Assembly: GCF_001194135.2 (NCBI RefSeq)
Contig: NC_068981.1
Span: forward strand, 144,221,672-144,285,671
Reading direction: 5' to 3'
Source: Octopus bimaculoides
Taxonomy: Eukaryota
Length of the DNA stretch: 64,000 nt
In this document: positions 25,753 through 38,662 of the stretch, piece after piece
Layout of the letters: every line of letters starts with the position of its first letter
Position numbering within the stretch: position 1 is the first letter of the stretch
Program-made: the position numbers and the translations under genes
The notes under the pieces: generated by a model
What the model was told of the DNA's origin: nothing
The model's input: only the letters and a program-made list of their open reading frames with translations
Database searches by the model: none

Positions 25753-28023
25753 GTACAGAAACATTTTATGTGTAGCTCTCTTGGAATGGTAAATAGCACT
25801 GGTGAGTGAGAGCACTACTACAACTACTAACACTGCTCTTCCCACTGCTACCATTTACGCTATTACTAATATTACTACTACTAATCCTATTAACACCACT
25901 TTTGTTACCATCACTACCAATCTCTGCCGCTGCAACCACCATTAACATTTCTATTACTATCACTATAATCTCTGCTAAGTGAATGTTACCATTTACCCAT
26001 CTCTACTACTTCTCCTCCTCCTCCTTATCCTCTTCCTTATCCTTATCCTCCTCCTCCNNNNNNNNNNNNNNNNNNNNNNNNNNNNNNNNNNNNNNNNNNN
26101 NNNNNNNNNNNNNNNNNNNNNNNNNNNNNNNNNNNNNNNNNNNNNNNNNNNNNNNNNNNNNNNNNNNNNNNNNNNNNNNNNNNNNNNNNNNNNNNNNNNN
26201 NNNNNNNNNNNNNNNNNNNNNNNNNNNNNNNNNNNNNNNNNNNNNNNNNNNNNNNNNNNNNNNNNNNNNNNNNTCCTCCTCCTCCTACTCTACTACTGCT
26301 ACTGCTACTGCTGCTGCTGCCGCCACTACTAACAAAACCACTTTCATCATAACATCCCCAAAGGTATTTGCCCCCTCTCCCCCAGTGATTGCTATTGTAG
26401 CTGTTCTTATTAACACTGTTGTGATACTGGGGAATTGAATGTTTGGGTTTGCTTATACCACTTTGCTTGTCATAATATCTGTTAATTCACCACCAAAGCC
26501 ATCCCTTAATTGTAGTCAGGCCTTGTGGAATGAAAGCAGTTTTGTCTCTTTGTTTCTTTGTTTGTTTTAATGCTATAATATGAAGATATTGCACCTGTGA
26601 GGTGTCATCTGTTGCAAATAACTAGCTGCTTTTATTATTGCTTTTACTTTTACTACTTCAACCACCTTCTTTACTTCAGCCAATTAAAAAGCTTCTATAC
26701 TGTAACTGACCTGCTAGAAATATCAGTACAAGACTATCAAATGATATTCTATCATCCTTCAAATGAACACAAGTGATAGTGCACTGCTAGACATATAGTG
26801 TCTAGAAAAAGAAGTGAAAGTGAAAGTTAGAATGTGTCTTTTTGAAATAAGCTGTGCCATGGGTTTTGTAGGTCCTCTCCAGCTAGTGATCAGTTTTTCT
26901 GACAAGGGTATGTTAGTGGTGTCTATGTTCTGTACAGGACTTCCCTTGTTGGTGAGATTGATTCTGTTGATGTTCAGATTAAACATCTAAATGTCAGTGG
27001 CTATTGTTAAAAGACAAGAAAAACTTGAGCCGGCTGGTAACTCTAGGAGATTGCAGTATTTTGGGAGAGAAAAGCTGGGCAAAGTGTTTTGTTTGTTGGA
27101 TCTTAGAGACAGGCATAAGGAAGAGAAAAGGAAGATATTGAGCTTGAGTGGATAGAGGTATGCAGCTAAATAGTTCAGGAGTACAGAGGCCATTGTGGTA
27201 ACGATAGAAGATGCAGAAAGAAGGAATAGCATATCTGTGAGCTTGTGGTTAAAGGATGCTGGTAGGTGAACTGCTGCTGACACAAATACCTAGAAATAGT
27301 AACTTAATTTTCCAGAAAACACATTGCCATATTAAAAAAATGAAGGAAGGACAGGGATAATGGATTTAAAAATGTGCTGTCTTTGAGAAAAAGCTGAATG
27401 TTCACAACTAGAACTCCTTTGGTTACAAGCCTGATGATCTGAGCTGACTTGGAGTTAACAACAACACCATCTATCTCCTCCCCGTATAACAATAACAACA
27501 AGAACAGTGTTATGATGTGATGAAGTAGCTTCTACATAGTTGTACCATTGACTGGAAACTAACCAAATTTACCTCAGATAATGCTCAAATATCTTGAATA
27601 AAAAGCAAGAACACATTAAGCAATGCAGTCTTAGATAACCCTACCAAAGCAGGTTAGTCACAGCTGAAATATCTTTGATCATAGCTCTACTCGAACAAGG
27701 CTGACCGAGGGTTAAACAATTATTTCAAAGTCTCTGTGGTGTTTATGACCTGCTAGAAATAGTAGCCAAATCTCTTTCAAATTACAGACTACTGTTTTGA
27801 AAAGTGTACATTTTAGATTGGATACTGTATCTTTGATAGAAATGCAATTGCTGAGAAAATAATAGGATGGTCATGTTTGGAATGTATTTGATCATAGGTT
27901 TGCTTAATCAGGAGTGCAAACCTGGAACTAAACAAAAACAACAATAAAAACAACATCACTAGTATTCTAGGACATTGTGTAACAGTGTATTGTATTTTAT
28001 ATTATTTGTTAAATTCATTTCAG

Positions 28024-28185
28024 GAGGTTGTGAACCTTTTTGTTACTGGAAATGCTGTATCCAATGTATTTGACAACAAGATGGAACTGGATTCTGGCAC
28101 AGAGAATGTAACAGTGCTAAGAGGTATCCAGCACCCGAGTGATATTGGGTTCCTGTCATTGTTTGAGCATTACAACAACACCAAG
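28024..28185 (+). CDS. MINDY4: MINDY4 exon (EVVNLFVTGNAVSNVFDNKMELDSGTENVTVLRGIQHPSDIGFLSLFEHYNNTK)
   Basis: tttcag|GAG acceptor and AAG|gtaaga donor; 162 nt, phase 0-0. Contains the family motifs NLxxTGxAVSNVF and SDIGFLSLFEHY. Confidence 0.95.
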
Positions 28186-28225
28186 GTAAGAGATTTTGTT
28201 TACACATTTTCATTACATTTGTATC

Positions 28226-28517
28226 TGTGGTGTATGCGTGTGAGTAGAAGTAATCAGCTTACCTCGTTTGCCTTCCTTTGCACGAGTCTGTCCTGCGGTA
28301 TCCGATCCTCACGGCTGGTCCGACCCGAAGAACGCTAGAAATAGCAGCTGCTTCTCCCCACACCTAGACGATCGCTTGGCACGTCCTCTCGTCCCAACAA
28401 CCCTGTTCGAAAAGGGCATGAAATCCTGATCGAGGCTCCCTCTGCCCTTCTTCCTCTTCTGGTCAGCTCGCCGTTCCGGTCAGCGGTCAGCTCCCCAGTT
28501 GCTGACGTCATACCACA
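28226..28517. mobile_element. Solo LTR (292 bp) with a 5-bp TSD
   Basis: Termini TGTGGT...ACCACA, with GTATC duplicated at 28221-25 and 28518-22; CpG-rich compared with the surrounding intron. Confidence 0.85.
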
Positions 28518-29689
28518 GTATCATTATCATCATCATCATCATCATTTAACATCCATTTTCCATGGATTAGACGGTTTGACTAGAGCTGGTAAGCTGGTAA
28601 GCTGCATCAGGCTCCAGTCTGTTTTGGCTTGTTTTCTATGGCCAGATGCCCTTCCTAACACCAGCCACACCACAGAGTGTACTAGGTGCCTTTTATGTGT
28701 CACCAGCACAGCTAAGGTTTATGTATCATAGGCACCGGCCACAACCATGATTTCATTTAGCTTCATATGTTTTCTCAAGCACAGTAAATCGCCAAAAGTC
28801 TTGGTCGCTTGTCATCACCTCCATGACAAGTGATCCTATAATGCTTATTGTTTATAGTTCTTGATTGTTTAACTTTATACTCTCCTGGGGAAAAAAAACT
28901 TTCATTTTGGCTGAGATCTGAAGATTCTTTATACATGACCAACATTATTGCACACAGGCAGTCATAATCTATGTCAGTTGTTGAAGAATTATTGATGTTG
29001 GCAAGCCAGTATTTGCTGCCCACCTCATCTTGCATCTTTGATTTTCCATCTCATCTGCCTATTGTTGATTCTACTGTCTTTTGTCCATCACTCCTAAGTC
29101 CTCCATCTCTCATTTTCCACCACTTATACTGATCAAATTGCTCTCATCACTCTGAGTCCATCGCTCTTCACTAGGTTTATGTATCATTTTATATCATCTC
29201 CTTTATCAATACACTCTAAGTTTCCCCTTCTGTACAGCAGGTTATCACACTCTCTTTTTGTCACTTCTATTGCCACTCATTTATCTTGTTGCCCATTCTT
29301 ACTTTTGTCCACTTCTGCTTTTACAAATCACTCCCCGCCACAAACGAACTCCTCAAGTAACCCTGCTGGTTTTTGTAGTCATATTTCTTGATGTTAGTAT
29401 TTTTGGCAGTTATTTTTTTTTTATCAAATGATCTTCCTGCTTTGTCAATCTTTCATTTGATTTCTACTTCACATTTTCTGTCTTCTGATAGCATACATCT
29501 CAGCTTTATTATCTTTAGTGACAGTTCAACAGGCTTTGCTTCAATTGTAATATTTACATCTGATTGCATGTATTTCTGATATATTATCTTTAGTGTCAGT
29601 TCGACAGGCTTTCCCTCAATCTTAATATTTATCATTGGTATTTATTGTTGCTTGCTGATTACCATCGATTTTGTTTTCTTTACATTAAT

Positions 29690-30010
29690 TTCTGTTCCAT
29701 AGAGCATTCTTTTGTCATTAAAGTGGTTATAAGGTTCTGTTGAAACTTAATAAGACAATTTATCCTGCATATATAAAGTTGTTGATGTCCATACCTTCTA
29801 TTGATGCTCCTGCCATGAACTCTAACATCCCTGAAGCTCTTTTCAGTGTAGATATTAAATAGGTTAGGGGATAATACACAGTCTTGCCTGACTCATTTCC
29901 TATTTTCAAATTCTGAAGTTTTTCTCCAGTCAAGTTTTACCATTGCTGATTGCCCCCAGTACATTTTTGTTATTGTCTGGAAATCATTCTCATTTGTTCC
30001 AAATGCTGAT
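29690..30010 (-). mobile_element. RTE-like LINE reverse-transcriptase fragment
   Basis: Minus strand reads MYWGQSAMVKL...VRQDCVLSPNLFNIYTE (GVRQGCxLSPxLFN motif). Confidence 0.7.
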
Positions 30011-30011
30011 A

Positions 30012-30537
30012 TATGAGGTCTGAACAAAAAGTATTGGGACTGGTGTTAAAAAAAGGCAACTATAGCACATAGAAATTTGGCATTTAGTCTCCTTTGAAGT
30101 AGACCCCTTCTGAAGCCACACACTTTATCCAGTATCATTTCCATTAAGGGAAGCATTCCTGGAACTCCCATTTTGGGATAGTAAGCAATACCTTGTCACA
30201 TTCTCTTGGATTTCTTCCACGTCTTGAAATCTTGTTGAATTCTTCCACTGCAAAGACTGAGCCTTGGTTTCTGGGTGATAGACCTATGATTCATCACTTG
30301 TTATAACCATTTTGAAAAGGTTCCTACACTGCTGAATTCTGATCTTTTTGAAATGACCACACTCAACACATATTACTTCCAAGTACTGCTATAAACAACA
30401 GAAGTGAATGAGAATGTTATAGATTAATGTGCATGTGCAACAGAGTTCAAGATCAGTCTGTGTCAAACTGCTTTACTGTGTGTACTTTAGCTCTGTTACC
30501 ATAACAACAGTCCTGGTACTTTTTGATCGTACCTCAT
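30012..30537. mobile_element. Internally deleted mariner-like element/MITE
   Basis: Imperfect TIRs ATGAGGTCTGAACAAAAAGTATTGGGACTG and CAGTCCTGGTACTTTTTGATCGTACCTCAT. Confidence 0.65.
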
Positions 30538-31069
30538 TTCTGTATGTTTTACCTTGTTAAATGCTTAGTTTACTCTATAGAACATTTATATAAAACATTT
30601 ATATCTAGAGCTCTTTCACATTTAATTGTTAGATTAGATATTCCTTCATGAGTTCCCTTTCCCAGTCTGAGAACCACTCAGCAGTTGACTTATTTCATCA
30701 TTTATTCTTGCTGTAAATTGGATAACCTATAGTAGTAAGGCTAATGAGTCAGTTGTTATGTGGCCACTTTCATATAATCAAAAAGTTCACCCTGGGCCAT
30801 GGTCTCATTAGGCCAATTTCATGGATTCTGTCATGTACATATTCTACCCACTGGATGGGACACCAGTCTGTTGCAGTATTACTCATTTTTGCCAGCTGAA
30901 TGGCAGCATGAAATGAACTGTTTTGCTAGTTCAGGAATCAAAACATTAGTCTTATATACAAGAGTGCAACACCCTAACCACTAAACCATGCACCTCAACA
31001 CTTTCATATATTACATAAGTCTTTTATTAGATCTAAGTTGATTTTAGCCAGTACTTTTAATACTGTTAC

Positions 31070-31760
31070 TGGTATTTTTGTCTGTCCTTATTGACAATCC
31101 ATATTTCACTTTACTTTATTGCCCTTTCTGCTTTTTTCATTTCAATTAACAGATTCAAAATTTGGCATTGCCAGTCTCTCTTCATTATTGTACAGTTCTT
31201 TTATCTATTCAACTCATCTAGATGCAATCTAGTCATGATCAAACAGTATGTTTCCATTGTTGTCCTTAATGTTATCTCTTAGTCTATTCATCTAGTTCTC
31301 TTTGTGATCTCATTTATCTTATCTTACATTACTTTAGATTTATGTTGTCCATTAAGTTTTTCAGCTACTTGACATTGATCATCCGGCCATTTTGTTTTGT
31401 TTCTCTGCTTTCAGAACAGATCTCTTTATTAGGGTGTTATATCTATCTTGATAATTTTTTCTTGTATTTTTTTCTTCTTTCTATTTTAATAAAATTTCAT
31501 CAATCATCTATTTTTCTGTTTTTTTCCTTTTCACTTATAGGTATCGTTTTCTTTACTAATGTTTACTTGCAAGTTTTAATTTCCCTTCAGTTTATCCTTT
31601 GTTATAGGTTTCTTGTATGTTTTCTTTATGTAAACATTCCTATTTGTTTACATCAGTCTTCTGTTTATATTCTGTCTGATTTACCAAGTTTAAGTTTTAT
31701 TGTTCTCTCTTTTAACTATTTTCATTTTCTTAACTTTCGTTTGTGATTTCTGCTATGACT
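31070..31760 (-). mobile_element. RTE-like LINE endonuclease-RT linker fragment
   Basis: Minus strand is A-rich and includes IKDNNGNILFD, resembling the RTE IKDxNGxIL motif. It is collinear with the RT fragment at 29690-30010. Confidence 0.55.
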
Positions 31761-33174
31761 TAATTATAATGTGAACCTATGTCTGCTCCAGGGTATATTC
31801 TTTAGTAAATTTTGCTTTTACTAAACCATTGGTTTATCAGTACATAGTCCTTTTAATCTTAAGTTATGTCACCTGAACTCTTCCACATGCATACTTTTCT
31901 TGGTAGTGATGGAATAAAATTTTGGTCTCTGCTAAATTGTTTCTTTGACAAAACATCCATCAGTCACCTACTTCACCTGATCCTTGTAGACCTGTTCTTT
32001 GACAGTGTTTTTTCTGCCAACTTTTGCTTTAAAATTTCTCATAATAATTTTTTTACTCCTTCAAGTGGCTGAAACCAAGATTACTTCCTAGCTATGGCTT
32101 TAAACGGCATCCAACACTAGAGTTCAAGGTTGGGAAGCCCTAGATATTGAGAAGAAGGCAATTATCTGCTAGCTGACACTATTCTCACTTCTGTTGTGAT
32201 TCAGAACAGTAGCACCTTCAAGGATTTCAGATTAAACTGCATTATTAAATCACTTTAACCAAACATGAGGTCTTATAATGTGGAAGTAGCTAGTAACCAG
32301 GTATGGTCAAACAATGACTGCTACCTTACAGGAGGAATATATGTATATATTTTAAATGTTTCACAGAAACACAACAAGCAGAAAATTTGTAGCTAATTCC
32401 ACATCAGTCAATGTCCAAAAGATCTTTACAATTTCATGCCTTTAATGTTGATATTGTTCACTTTTGGTGGTGCCAGCGATGGAAAGCCACTTGGAATAGC
32501 TAATGGACGTACAAGGACCATGACTAGAACAAACACAACAGAGTAAAATAATAATATATATACAATGAAAATTGGCCATATGGCCTCAAGACAAGCAAAT
32601 ATGGGGTAACATAAAATTAAATATAAAAATGTCCAATAGAATTGGAAATAAGGAGATGGAAAGAAAGTCAGAATGAAGGATGAAGTAACAGATCTTGTAG
32701 AAAGAGAGTAGGAGCGTGGGAAAAACATGACTGACTGAGTCGGCCTTGGCGGAATCTGAACTCAGAATGTAGCGGCAGATGAAATACTGCTAAGCATTTC
32801 GCTGTTTCCAATGTAATAAGAACATCAAATATTCCTGGTTGATATAGTGCTTTATATTTCTAGTTCCTAAATATAAAAGCTTGTTCCCTAGTTTTCAGAG
32901 GAGCACTATCAGACAGTTACTTACCATTGAATTTAAATCCGTGTAACTTTGATGACAACTGGGAATTTCTATGAAATAACCTGCTTAGGCTACCAGTCAT
33001 GTGGCAGGAGCAATGTTCCAACCAAACCATAGATAACTTGGTGGTGGAATGAGAGAGTCATAGCACAATCGATCCATTACAGAGTAGCCCTTAGTGAAAT
33101 GTAGCTTGGCTTTGTGACTGAATGATATACTACAGATGCAAATCTTCTTAGTGAGGCAAGAGCAGGCGAAATTA

Positions 33175-33545
33175 TCATCATTATCGTTTAATGTCCGCTT
33201 TCCATGCTAGCATGGGTTGGACGATTTGACTGAGGACTGGCGAACCAGATGGCTACACCAGACTCCAATCTGATTTGGCACAGTTTCTACAGCTGGATAC
33301 CCTTCCTAACACCAACCACTCTGAGAGTGTAGTGGGTGCTTTTACGTGCCACCGGCACGAAGGACAGTTATGCGGTACTGGCAACGACCATGCTCAAAAT
33401 AGTGTATTTTACGTGCCACCTGCACAGGAGCCAGTCCAGCGGCACTGGCAACGATCTTGCTCGAATGACTTTTCACAAGCCAGGAACACGAAGCTGCGGC
33501 ACAAGTGCCAGGAAGGTGACGCTGGTAACGATCACGCTCGAACAG
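33175..33545 (-). mobile_element. (GAT)n-tailed LINE-end repeat with internal repeated TTTTACGTGCCACC units
   Basis: Same family as 11210-11433; it is followed by decayed RT sequence at about 33600-33950 (HADD-like at 33830). Confidence 0.75.
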
Positions 33546-34202
33546 TGGTGCCAAAATCAAACCACTATTCCTGGCATTCATTTACTTCGAAAGGGCGTAT
33601 GAGAGGGTACCATTTAGTAGTCCCTAAAGAAACTTAACATAGATGAATGGCTTATGAGGGCTATACAAGATATGTACAAAGATGCAGTAAGTGAGATTCA
33701 ACAACAATTTCAGTGATGAAATTAGCATGAAGATAGGAACACATCAAGGTTCACTTCTTAGTCTCATTCTGTTTGTCGTAGTCCTATAGGCTATCAGTAG
33801 AGTTTAAGACTAGCTGCGATGGGAACTCCTGCATGCTGATGATCTCTTTCTCAAAGAGTGAATCTGTGGTGGAATTAGAGATTTAATTCCATGCATATAA
33901 ACTAAGCCTGGAATTGTGAGGCCTCAAGTTAAAATTAACTGAGGCTAAGGTTTTAGTTGGTAGGAAAGAAAACAGGTAGAATTATTATTTTCAGCTATAA
34001 GTACAGAACCATGTGGCTGTCTGCTTTTGCAACTTTCAGGGGTACAATCAATTAAATCAAGCCAGCTAAAGCATACCTGTGAGTTCAAAAGCTTAAGTAT
34101 TGAGCATTCTCAGAAAAGGAAGTAAAATAAAAAACAGATTTTAGTTTAAAAAATTAGTTTTGATAATTTCTGAAATAAAGGATAATGGTACATATTGATA
34201 AC

Positions 34203-34609
34203 TCTTTCTCTTTCACTTGTTTCAGTCAATTGACTGCGGACATGCTGGAGCACTGCCTTTAGTCGAGCAAATAGACCCCAGGATTTATTCTTTGTAAGCC
34301 TAGTACTTATTCTATCAGTCTCTTTTGCTGAACTGCTAAGTTACGGGGACGTAAACACGCCAGCATCGGTTGTCAAGTGATGTTGTGGGGACAAACACAG
34401 ACACACAAACATATACACACACATACATACAAATATACATATATACAACGGGCTTCTTTCAGTTTCCGTCTACCAAATCCACTCACAAGGCTTTGGTCGG
34501 CCCGAGGCTATAGTAGAAGACACTTGCCCAAGGTGCCACACAGTGGGAATGAACCCAGAACCATGTGGTTGATAAGCAAGCTACTTACCACACAGCCACT
34601 CCTGCGCCT
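34203..34609 (-). mobile_element. Full-length SINE family A, ending about 80 nt before the exon at 34693
   Basis: Minus-strand head AGGCGCAGGAGTGGCTGTGTGGTAAGTAGC with a B-box-like GGGTTCATTCCC, and the complete family body. Confidence 0.88.
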
Positions 34610-34692
34610 AATTATAATATATTTTATTACTTTATTTCGTTGAACCTTTATATTTTTGTATTTTGTTAATATGCTACATATTTCTGTTGCAG

Positions 34693-34870
34693 GTTGGTTC
34701 TTACTATAAGAACCCAAAATATCCGATATGGATTGTTTGCAGTGAAAGTCATTTCACTGTGCTGTTTTCAATGAGTGACTCACTTGTGAAGGACAATAAG
34801 GCAGAGAAGTTTGATCTTTATTACTATGATGGGCTTGCCAAACAGCAGCAACCTATACGGCTCACCATTG
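34693..34870 (+). CDS. MINDY4: MINDY4 exon carrying the catalytic-His motif ([26 protein letters not shown]...[20 protein letters not shown])
   Basis: ttgcag|GTT acceptor and G|gtaggt donor; 178 nt, phase 0 to 1. CSESHF and [10 protein letters not shown] are MINDY4-type rather than MINDY3-type (GSETHL). Confidence 0.95.
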
Positions 34871-35004
34871 GTAGGTATATGAATTGCTGGAGAAGGAAAG
34901 GTGACAATGGTGGTGGTGGGGGAGGGGAGGAGGAGGAGGAGGAGAAACTGTGTGGATTTAGTTGTTCTTGTAGTTTTTTTTCTTGCATAAACAGCAATTT
35001 TTAT

Positions 35005-35460
35005 CACACGAGTGTTGACTGAAAAGTTCATAGGCTAACCAAGACACTCTCATAGAATGTGACCAAATGAGGTTTATTTTTCAGCATAGTCCCCCTTGCA
35101 GTCCACACACTTCTTCCATCGGTGTTGCAGTGCTTGGATCACATTGGTGAAGAAGCTCTCATTGTGTTAGTCAAAAATGTCATCAACAGTAGAAATGTCT
35201 TCACCATCACAGTGACACTGGCTCCCAGCCAGTGATGTTTCTGTGTTGGCTAACAGCTGATAGTCTGATGGAGCCAAATCAGGAAAATAGGGAGGATTAT
35301 CAACCAGTTCAAAGCCACAATCACTCACAGCAGCCATTGAAACCAAGGACTCTTGTGCTGGAGCATTGTCTTGATGAAACAAGACCCCTTTCTTCAGTTT
35401 TCCTAGGCATTTGGTCTTGATAGTCTTTCATAGCTGACTCAGCAAGATGGCATAGTATTC
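35005..35460 (-). mobile_element. Mariner transposase 3' fragment
   Basis: FHQDNAPA...PPYFPDLAPSDYQL, the mariner-type HQDNAP/YSPDLAPSDY signature. Confidence 0.8.
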
Positions 35461-36319
35461 TCCAGTTATGATGTGGCCCTCTTGTGTTTATTGTAAATGA
35501 GTGTTACTGCCATACAAGCAAAGTCAGTCATTTCGAATATTCTACAAAGGCATTTCTGGTCATGGGGAAGTTTTACCATGCTTGAAAAGGGTGAAGATTT
35601 GTGACATGAAAGGCATCTGGCTATAGAAAATCTGCCTCAAAAAACTCTATCTGACCCAAACAAGCATGGAAAAGTGGATATTAAATCATAATGATGAGCA
35701 TAATTATGATGACAATGTGTCAAATGAGAAACGACATTAAATTAAGTGTCACGTTAATGGAAGTCTCCTTTTGATAATGTAGCTTTGGGCTACTTTATTG
35801 TAATTGCCAACATCCCCAATAAGGCAGATAAAATAAAATAGCTTCATTGTATTAAACGTAAATGTCTGTATTAGCTAATTATAAGACAAATTGATGGAGC
35901 CTCTATATTATATCTCAAGATGACAGACATAACACCCACATCACCTTCACATGAAACCTTATTGACTTTTGTATGTATGTGTGTATGTAAGAGCTAACAA
36001 GAGAGGCATCTAAATTGTAGCAACTATACTTGATGGAAATGGCATCCAATTCTGTCTTAAATTACAGCCCTCTTATTTCAGCTAATGTGGGGCCTCCACA
36101 TGATATACTTAATAGTCAAAACAGAAAACAAACTCCCCTCAAACTATATATTATAATTATTATTTACCATCTCACAGAGAGATTTTGTATAAAGCATATT
36201 TTGTTATATACAAAAAATTTTATTTCGTTTTTGGATTTGGTTTGTAAGATTCATCATCATTTAACGTCCGTCTTCCATGCTAGCATGGGTGGGACAAAAT
36301 TCTCTATGTGAATTCGTGT

Positions 36320-36601
36320 GTTGAAGCATATTTTATTGTCTGGGGTGGGTCATTCTCTTTTAGTGTTTTATTATTTAATGCACTCACTGGTTCAATTTCC
36401 ACTCAGTTATTTATTTTTTCTAAAATTTTCATTGCGTCTTGCAACCTTTTCAATAATCGTTGACTCTATCTATTATCAGAGCTGTGTTCTTTTTGCTTGT
36501 CTGTTTGTGTGCATGTGTGTGTGTCAGTGTGCATGTGTATACACATATGTATGTATGTATGTATGCATGCATGTATGTGTATGCATGTATGTATGTGTGT
36601 A

Positions 36602-36653
<52 letters not shown>

Positions 36654-36872
36654 TGTGTGTAAATTTGTATGTATGTATTCTGTATATTCTTGTGTTTGTG
36701 TGTTTGTATATTTGTATGTATGCATGTGTGTCTGCATATGTATCCTTGTGTGTGTGTATGGTCATGTGTTTCAGTCTTCATTTGTGTATGTATGTGTGTG
36801 CTTGTCTGTCCATATTACTTGTGTACATATCTATCTATTTATCTATCTGTTTACTTACATATTCATTTACCT

Positions 36873-36905
<33 letters not shown>

Positions 36906-37640
36906 CATCAACATAACAGCCTACTAACAACTCTACCTGTGTATATACAAAACTGTGAGTTTTGAGGTATGGCTACCTTCTATGTATTTTTCCTATTTAG
37001 TACTGGGGATGTTTCATTTATGAGGATGTACTCCTGTATTTGTCTGAGTGTTGGGTCCTTCGGTGCTTGGATAAAATATAGATGTCAAGTTGACCCTGTG
37101 TGCCTCCATGTATGTCTTTGGCATGTTGGTAAAATATGGAGAACTGTTTTTTGTCTCAAATGTGCATTTAGTCTCTCTGCAATGCTTCTAGATGTTTCAC
37201 TTATGTATACCATGTTCTTCTCTTTACAAGCACCCTCTATGCACCTTATGCTGTAGACTACATTTCTAATTCTACAGTTAATGCCAGGGTTAATCTTGCA
37301 TGCATGAATATGCAGAATATGTACATGCATACAAATGTACACATATGCATACACACATACATGCATACACACACATACATGCATGCACACATACATACAT
37401 ATATGTGTATACACAGGCATACTGATGCACATGCATGCACACAAACAAACAAAAAAGACACAGCTCTGATAATGGACAGAGTCAATGACCATTGAAAAAT
37501 TTGCAAGATACAAAGAAAATTTTAGAAAACATAAATAAGTAAATGAGTGGAAACTTTACTGGTGAGTGTGTTAAATAATAAGGCACTAAAAGAGAATGAC
37601 TCTCCTCAGACGCAATAAAAAGTATAATGTTTTATTTCAA
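36320..37640 (-). mobile_element. Penelope-like element remnant: GIY-YIG endonuclease fragment between about 300-bp inverted arms
   Basis: About 36975-37300 on the minus strand reads NCRIRNVVYSIRC...MVYISETSRSIAERLNAH...RQIQEYILINETSPVLNR. Arms at about 36320-36610 and 37327-37640 are reverse complements. Confidence 0.75.
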
Positions 37641-38662
37641 TGTTTTAAACTTTTGAAAAGAGCTGAGTATTTTATCTTGACTTGCGTTCTCCATTTTATA
37701 GAGAGAATGAAAGGATGAGGACAAGGGAAAGCAATCATGGGAGGAGAAATTAGAGAGAATTGGAATAACAGGTGATGGAGAATGAGACCGGTATAAGTTA
37801 CAATGAGAAAGCACGAAGAAATAAAACAGCATAGTCTAAACGCCCTTGATGTTTTATTTTGTCTTTTAATATTTTATTTTTGGAATTTGATCAGGACTTT
37901 TAGGTACCTCTTTAAGTTTAATAATTCGAACAGAATTAGGTCAACCAGGATCTCTTCTCAATGATGATCAATTATATAATGTTATTGTTACAGCCCATGC
38001 ATTTGTAATAATCTTTTTTCTTGTTATACCTGGAGTCTCCTGATAAAGAGAGAGGGTGAGAGAGAAAGCAAAAGAGAGAGGGAGAAAGGGAGAGGGAGAG
38101 AACACAAAAGTAAAAATCAGAGAAAGAAGATTAAACAGAAATAAAGGGTAACAGCATTTTTACTGTAATTCTGACTTAAGTGACAATACAATGATATTCT
38201 ATTTCATTGATCAAATAGTTTGTAATGTGTTTGAGAATGAGCATATTTCTCCATCATGTTATTTCTATACTACTAACAGATATTGTTTGATCTGCATCTC
38301 CAAAAGAGAATAGCTGTACATTTGTAAAAATGATGCAGAAGGAAACACCTGTTCATTGTAGCTCTACCTGACAGAAACAGCAGCGAAATGTACCACAAAT
38401 TGCACCTTACACTCTTATTTTTGTATATAATGGGAGCACCTCTACTTAATTGCCATACCTGCTAGGAATAGCAGCCAAATCTCCCTTAATTCATAAATCA
38501 CAGTCATGCATTTCTTCATATATAAAGCCAACAAAGGGGTATCTACTCTGTATCCTGATCTGATATAAACAGCAAACAATTCTCCCTCAAACTTTGTTCT
38601 ACTGTCTTATGTATGCATGTTGTTTTAATACCCAGTCATCATTTTGTACCTCCATTAGTGTA

